Shown piece by piece: positions 55,870 through 56,970 of a stretch of 56,970 nt of DNA. Position 1 is the stretch's first letter, and the number at the start of each line of letters is the position of its first letter. This DNA comes from Paracoccaceae bacterium (GTDB lineage: Bacteria > Pseudomonadota > Alphaproteobacteria > Rhodobacterales > Rhodobacteraceae): the NCBI GenBank assembly GCA_050300875.1, contig JBNKYL010000089.1, positions 1 to 56,970 on the forward strand, written 5' to 3'. The notes under the pieces were generated by a model. That model saw nothing but the letters and a program-made list of their open reading frames with translations, was not told the origin of the DNA and did no database searches. Position numbers and translations under genes: made by a program.

Positions 55870-56904
55870 ATGACGACGCCTCTTCCGACCCCCGACACGC
55901 CCCTGAAGATCGGCACCCGCGGTTCGCCGCTTGCGCTGGCGCAGGCCCATGAAACCCGCGACCGGCTGATCGCCGCACATGGGCTTGAAGCGGGCGCGCT
56001 GGAAATCGTGGTGATCCGTACGACAGGTGACGACGCCGCGCTGATCGCTGCCGACCGTCCTTTGAAAGAGATCGGCAACAAGGGCCTGTTCACCAAGGAA
56101 ATCGAAGAGGCGCTCTTGTCCGGCGGCATCGATATCGCCGTGCATTCGATGAAAGATATGCCGGTCGCTCAACCTGACGGGTTGCTGTTGGATTGCTTCC
56201 TGCCGCGCGAGGATGTGCGTGATGCCTTTGTTTCGGCGCGGCACAAGGGGATCGACGACCTGCCCGAAGGCGCTGTTGTCGGCACGTCCAGCCTGCGGCG
56301 TCGGGCGCAACTGTTGAACCGGCGGCCCGACCTGACCGTGGTTGAATTTCGCGGCAACGTGCAGACACGCCTAAAGAAACTGGATGACGGTGCGGCCGAA
56401 GCGACCTTTCTTGCCATGGCCGGATTGCGGCGGCTTGGGCGCGACGACGTGCCGGCGACCCCCATCGACCCGGACGAAATGCTGCCCGCCGTCGCGCAGG
56501 GGGCCATCGGCATAGAACGGCGCGCCGAAGATGCGCGCGTGCGGGACCTGCTGGCTGCGATCCATCACGCGCCGACCGGGCTGCGGCTGGCGGCGGAACG
56601 GGCTTTCCTTGCTGCATTGGACGGGTCTTGCCAGACGCCGATTGGCGGGTTGGCTGAACTGATCGGTGACAAGCTTGTCCTGCGCGGCGAAATCATCAGC
56701 CCCGATGGTGCGATCCTGCTTTCCACAGAAGATTTCTGTGCGCCCGAAAATGGTGCGGAAATGGGCCGCCGTCTTGCCGCGCAGTTGCGCGCCGAGGCCG
56801 GGCCGGGGTTTCCCGCCACGCAGCCGCCCACGCCGGAGCCGATTGGGATGCCGGCCGCCGATGCGCCCCCCAGCGCAGCGATTTCGCCGGCCGTCATCCG
56901 GTAG
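55870..56904 (+). CDS. hemC: Hydroxymethylbilane synthase (porphobilinogen deaminase)
   Basis: [49 protein letters not shown] and DGSCQTPIG are HemC motifs. ATG at 55870 follows GGAAGG. The last ~30 aa (Pro/Ala-rich) are not conserved-looking. Confidence 0.85.
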   Translation: MTTPLPTPDTPLKIGTRGSPLALAQAHETRDRLIAAHGLEAGALEIVVIRTTGDDAALIAADRPLKEIGNKGLFTKEIEEALLSGGIDIAVHSMKDMPVAQPDGLLLDCFLPREDVRDAFVSARHKGIDDLPEGAVVGTSSLRRRAQLLNRRPDLTVVEFRGNVQTRLKKLDDGAAEATFLAMAGLRRLGRDDVPATPIDPDEMLPAVAQGAIGIERRAEDARVRDLLAAIHHAPTGLRLAAERAFLAALDGSCQTPIGGLAELIGDKLVLRGEIISPDGAILLSTEDFCAPENGAEMGRRLAAQLRAEAGPGFPATQPPTPEPIGMPAADAPPSAAISPAVIR

Positions 56905-56970
56905 TCGCGGATCTGAAAACTGCTGATGTATCCACCCTGGGTCTCGTTGCTCTCATCGGCAAACAGGATC
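56565..56970 (-). CDS. Possible 3' end of a gene entering from the right edge (LamG/ConA-like C-terminal motif)
   Basis: The minus frame is open from the window edge: [35 protein letters not shown]... The motif resembles the end of LamG-type domains. There is no stop until 56565, deep inside hemC, so the true end is unresolved. Confidence 0.25.
   Translation of the reverse strand, partial: ILFADESNETQGGYISSFQIRDYRMTAGEIAALGGASAAGIPIGSGVGGCVAGNPGPASARNCAARRRPISAPFSGAQKSSVESRIAPSGLMISPRRTSLSPISSANPPIGVWQDPSNAARKARSAASRSPVGA

Noticed and set aside
1-56970. Search for rRNA, tRNA, CRISPR arrays, IS elements, integrases and prophage genes
   Set aside because: I found no cloverleaf-like segments in the intergenic regions I read, no regularly spaced direct repeats, and no transposase, integrase or phage-type ORFs in the six-frame track. 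The scan was visual and not exhaustive, so small RNAs could have been missed.

Overview
The window is a GC-rich chromosomal segment. Its protein repertoire (S21, YejABEF, a roseobacter-type Hint-domain protein, a membrane-anchored cytochrome c) suggests an alphaproteobacterium of the Rhodobacteraceae type; that is my inference. I support about 56 coding regions, most of them housekeeping: qor, rpsU, yghU, ald, nadE, pgsA-moaD-moaE, nudC, pheA, yejABEF, polA, hemE and hemC. Many are translationally coupled through ATGA or TGATG stop/start overlaps. By eye I found no rRNA, tRNA, CRISPR array, transposase or integrase. The many long ORFs opposite real genes are GC-driven shadow ORFs. The best candidate for a poorly understood system is the four-gene, translationally coupled MoxR AAA+ / DUF58 / giant BatA_N-DUF4159 membrane protein / 679-aa membrane protein module (32672-39361). 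Other items worth a second look: (1) an AT-richer islet between polA and a zf-CHCC/HIT operon, carrying a Hint (bacterial intein-like) domain protein and a decayed, frameshifted ORF; (2) an apparent 1-nt frameshift in rpsU; (3) a small secreted protein coupled to a chemoreceptor that lacks a periplasmic sensor; (4) a secreted 18.5-repeat MORN protein beside an OmpA-type lipoprotein with a Cys-containing low-complexity tail; (5) a divergent GT14 glycosyltransferase / sulfotransferase pair; (6) a perfect CtrA-type box plus a 16-bp palindrome upstream of a GGDEF gene; (7) a COQ9-like/quinone reductase operon divergent from rpsU. All family assignments come from motif recognition by eye. No database search was run, and start codons are best guesses from RBS context.
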